Below are positions 60,345-64,000 of a DNA stretch of 64,000 bases, one piece after another. Under the pieces are notes generated by a model. That model saw only the letters and a list, made by a program, of their open reading frames with translations, was not told where the DNA came from and searched no databases. Origin of the DNA: Chrysemys picta bellii (taxonomy: Eukaryota); assembly GCF_011386835.1 (NCBI RefSeq), contig NC_088814.1, positions 5,456,001 to 5,520,000 on the forward strand. The letters are read 5' to 3'. The number at the start of each line of letters is the position of its first letter. Within the stretch, counting starts at the first letter, position 1. Made by a program: the position numbers and the translations under genes.

Positions 60345-60890
60345 AGAGTGCTACCCCCCCCGGCCGGAGCAGCCCCCCTCCCTGTCCAGGGTGACACCCC
60401 CCCCCAGAGAGTCCTCCCCCTCGCCAGAGCAGCCCCCCCCGGCTGGAGCAGCCCCCCTCCCTGTCCAGGGTGACACCCCCCCCCAGAGAGTCCTCCCCCT
60501 CGCCAGAGCAGCCCCCCCCGGCTGGAGCAGCCCCCCTCCCTGTCCAGGGTGACACTACCCCCGGAGAGTGTCCTCCCTCCCCCACCAGAGCACACCCCCC
60601 CGAGTGTCCTCCCTCCCCCACCAGGGCAGCGCCCCCCCCCCCCGCGCCAGAGCAGCCTTCCCCCGAGAGCAACCCTCTCCCCGAGAGTGTCCTCTCCTCC
60701 TACCAGAGCAGCTCCCCCAGAGAGTGTTGTCCTCCCCCCACCAGGGTGCCCCCCCCCAAAGAGTGTCCTTTCTCCCCCCACCAGGGCAGCCCCCCACCCT
60801 GGAGATTGTCCTCACCCCACTAGGCACTAGCACCGCACCCCCCCGGAGAGGGTCCTCCCTGCCCCCCCGAGGAGTCCCCCCCACTCAGGG
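60345..60890. repeat. C-rich minisatellite in CDK5RAP3 intron 1 (79-bp unit about 2.3 times, then shorter degenerate units)
   Basis: GGAGCAGCCCCCCTCCCTGTCCAGGGTGACAC starts at 60366, 60445 and 60524. Confidence 0.9.
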
Positions 60891-60935
60891 GGTGCTGGTT
60901 GTCTTGGATTTGCACCATATACGTTTCTTTGAGGC

Positions 60936-61085
60936 CTGAGTTCTCAAACTGGGGGTTGTGAACAGGTGTCAGGGAGCTGCTCCCCTTCCCATGATAAATT
61001 GGAGGGGAGTCTCAGCGGCTTCCACTGTGGAACAGATTGATGGAGGAGTGAAGGCCCCCACGGTGGGAAAGGTTGAGAACCGCTG
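60936..61085. mobile_element. Small hAT-type MITE
   Basis: Ends GTTCTCAAACT / GGTTGAGAACCGCTG, related to the termini at 5832 and 17389. Confidence 0.55.
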
Positions 61086-61931
61086 CTCTGATCTGTATGC
61101 CTAGGTGCTCACATGGCCCTCATCCCCCTTGTATCTGAGGCCCAGATCCCCCGGGATATTTCAGCACCTAAGGGAGTTAGATGCCTAGATACCTAGGAGG
61201 CACTTAGGCCCAAGTCCTTCAAAGAAACAATTGGGAAATAACCTCTCTGGTTTCCTCCTGGAAGAGTCAAACCTAAACACACTAAATTCTGTTAATCAAG
61301 CAGGTTACACTGACTGTGTGCACGGGTGTAGAGCTGTTGTAGGAGAGCTAAATCTTTGCATTTAGTTCTAAGCCCCGTGAGACCCCTAGTCCTTCAGATC
61401 TCTTGTGGCGGGGAGTTCCCCAGTCTAGGCCCGACCACTGTCTGAGTTCCATCTCCTGCACTCGCTGTATTAGTCGACTGTTTTCAGAGTTCCGGTGGAA
61501 ATCTCTTCACTTATCCTCCCGCTGACTTTTGGTCTCCAAACAAAAACAGTTGCGAACGCTCGGTGCGGTCGTGACAATGCTTTTGTCATACCCTGGCTGA
61601 GCATAACCTCACCCATTGTCCCCGGATGTCCTCTGTCTGTCCAGGAAAGTAGAGCATCCAAGTTTGGATCAGCACCACAAGAGACTAGACCTTTGCCTTC
61701 TGTTAGGACATGGAACCCAAGGGCTGGGGAGCATCGTTTGCTAGGAGCTGGGGTAGCAGGGAAGTGTCAGAGATGGGCTTGGGAGATGGCAGATGCTAGG
61801 GGTGTGGGTGGGAAGGTGTGGCGGATGGGGAGGATTACAGGCCACGCACTGGCTTTGTTACCTGTATTATCAGGCTTTGTTCATCCCGCAGATTCTCCCT
61901 ATTTATGGCAATGTCTGTCTCTCTTCACCAG

Positions 61932-61977
61932 GACTATCAGAATTTGCCGATTGACATCCAGACAAGCAAGCTGCTAG
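61932..61977 (+). CDS. CDK5RAP3: CDK5RAP3 exon 2
   Basis: DYQNLPIDIQTSKLL; 46 nt, phase 0/1. Confidence 0.95.
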
Positions 61978-62722
61978 GTAGGATATTAGCTCCTGTCCCC
62001 ACCTTCCAGCTGGAGAGGGAGGATGTTGTGGGAGGGGGCACATGCTGGAGGGGGTGGGGGTTAGGTGGGCCAGAGAATGGGCCGTCAGCGTACGCACGAG
62101 TTTCCTTCCACCGTGAAGCTCGTGTCCTTCCGATTTCAGCAGGACTCGGGAATGAGAAGAGTTTGTCGTCATTTCTCCCGTTGGGATGAAACCCCGGAGG
62201 AAGTGGAGCAGAGTTGCCCCTGTCAGCACAGGCCTCGTATAGATTAGTGGGGTCAGTGTATGGGTGGGGCGCTGGCTTGCGATTGGAGTCCTCCCTTGAT
62301 CCCCCGAACGGGCTGGGTGCGGATCCCCTAGCACACTGACACGCCTCCTCCCTGCTCGGAGAAGTAAGAGAGAAGTTAGTTCATTCTTCATCTCTCTCTG
62401 CTGAGACAGCCAGCAAGGAGTGTGTGTGTGGGGGGGAAGCTTGTGGTGCAGCCCCCCCGGAGACCCTCCAGCTCAGAGGGGCTACTGGACAGCCGCCAGA
62501 GGGTAACGATGGCGTCTCGTCACTACCCATTTTGACCGCGTTTACGGCAGCTGCGTAGAGGTGAGGGACTCCCATCCCTGAGCCAATGATTGAATCTATG
62601 AATCTATGAATCTATGAATTGGAAGCCCCCGCAGCAGTGCCCTCCCTCTGCCGTCTCCCGGCTGCCCCTCGCTCCTGCTGGTGGATACCGCGGTGTTTAA
62701 CCTCCGTGTGTCCCTGCTGCAG

Positions 62723-62854
62723 ATTGGCTGGTGGACAGGAGACACTGCAACCTGAAATGGCAGAGCCACGTGCTGACTATCCGCGAGAAGATCAACGCGG
62801 CCATTCAGGACATGCCAGAGAGCGAGGAGATCAAGCAGCTGCTCTCAGGATCCT
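62723..62854 (+). CDS. CDK5RAP3: CDK5RAP3 exon 3
   Basis: DWLVDRRHCNLKWQSHVLTIREKINAAIQDMPESEEIKQLLSGS; phase 1/1. Confidence 0.97.
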
Positions 62855-63362
62855 GTGAGTGGGGCTGGGGAGAGGAGGAGGATCTCCCTGATGCAGGCTT
62901 GGGTGCCAGCGTCTGAAGTGGGGGTGGCGGGTCCCATTAATGCAGGGGATTTGCCAGGAAGGCCGTTCACGTGCGTGGGGCCTGGTCAGTCGCTTGGCAT
63001 CCTGTGGCCCCACTGGCAGTTCGCTGCTGCGATCGAGGGTCGTGAGCGTGTCCATCCCAGGGCTGAGGGGCTTGTGTGTCCCCGTCCTTGCCCCCCAGTC
63101 ATCTCTCGCAAGCACTAGGCCCATTGCAGATGCCAGAGGAATCCAGCCCCAAGGACTTTGGGTATTTCAAACATTCCTGTTCAGAAAGGAGACAGAAGCC
63201 CAGTGACACGTGCCCCCTTGCCCTGTTGCTGCGCCAGTGTACGGTGCGAAGGGCTGGAGCTTTGAACGGCAAACCTGGGAACCTCGCCCTTCCCCCCCCC
63301 TCAGCCCCGGGTGACTGGGTATCGCATCCCGTCTGCCGTCCCAGCTCTCTGTCTCATTCCAG

Positions 63363-63463
63363 ATATTCACTATTTTCACTGCCTGAGGATTGTGGACATT
63401 CTTAAAGGGACCGAGGCCTCCACTAAAAACATCTTTGGTCGCTACTCTTCCCAGCGGATGAAG
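63363..63463 (+). CDS. CDK5RAP3: CDK5RAP3 exon 4 (gene continues past the window)
   Basis: YIHYFHCLRIVDILKGTEASTKNIFGRYSSQRMK; phase 1/0. Confidence 0.97.
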
Positions 63464-64000
63464 GTGAGCAGCCCGTGGAGGCAGGCCCGGGCGGTCGGAC
63501 TTGTCCAAGAATTTGCCAAGTTGGTTCCACTTTCAAGCAAGTCAGGCTGGGCTGGGCTGTTAGCGGGATGAATGGAGGCAGCGTCTCTAGGGTGCCGGTT
63601 CGAATCCAGCCTGAGTCTACAGCAATTAGAAGCTGTTGCTCTCTGGGGCCTGTACGGTGGCCCCTGTGTGAAACGAGTGATAATAATAATCCCTATCTCT
63701 TATCTAGTGCTTTCCATCGGTATCATCAGCTCCATTGTACAGCTGGGGAAACCGAGGCACAGAACGGGGAAGTGATTTGCCCCAGGTCACTCAGCAGGCC
63801 TGTGGCAGAGCCAGGAATAGAACCCAGGTCTCTGAAGTCTCAGTCTGGTGCTGTGTCCGCTAAGCCAGCTGGATGGGTGGATGCCATCAGTTCAGTGCCC
63901 CATGTTAGAGGGGCCCCGGTGACTGCACCATTCCCAAGCACCGAACTCCCACTTCGCCGCCAAGTGTGGCCGCGTGCCCTGCCCCTGCTTGTTCTTTGGC

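Noticed and set aside
60054-60939. Several 90-215 aa ORFs at CDK5RAP3 exon 1/intron 1
   Set aside because: Products of the C-rich repeat; exon 1 encodes only Met-Gln.

Overview
GC-rich vertebrate genomic DNA, most likely a turtle. The taxon is inferred from the tortoise-type tRNA-derived SINEs, CR1 LINEs, Penelope-like element ends and hAT/Harbinger MITEs. The gene order matches the SP2-PNPO-PRR15L-CDK5RAP3 block I recall from human 17q21. Five genes are supported by splice-phase-consistent exon chains. (1) SP2 (+), CDS join 13046-13108, 13655-14608, 15257-15557, 19787-19961, 20087-20280, 20752-20852, 595 aa, with first exon and CpG promoter near 2650-3130. (2) An unnamed gene on the minus strand, CDS join complement 31649-31435, 29600-28930, 28277-28207, 27601-27356, 26000-25754, 24378-24269, 519 aa. 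It has a coiled coil and a C-terminal NAC1/NACC-type BEN domain, no BTB domain, and lies head-to-head with PNPO. (3) PNPO (+), 7 exons, 33120-39015, 259 aa. (4) PRR15L (-), 47015-47326, 103 aa. (5) The first four coding exons of CDK5RAP3 (+), from 60316. The BEN gene is the standout: I do not know a mammalian protein-coding gene at this position, and it sits where I recall the human lncRNA SP2-AS1. Other notable items: a uORF/splice-donor ambiguity at SP2 exon 1, dense CCAAT arrays, GC-rich minisatellites just inside first introns, a 92-bp-arm Penelope hairpin with hammerhead ribozyme cores, and a near-perfect 458-bp tandem duplication. Most long ORFs in the supplied track are artefacts of GC-rich repeats. 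Family assignments come from recognised motifs and remembered protein sequences, not from database searches.
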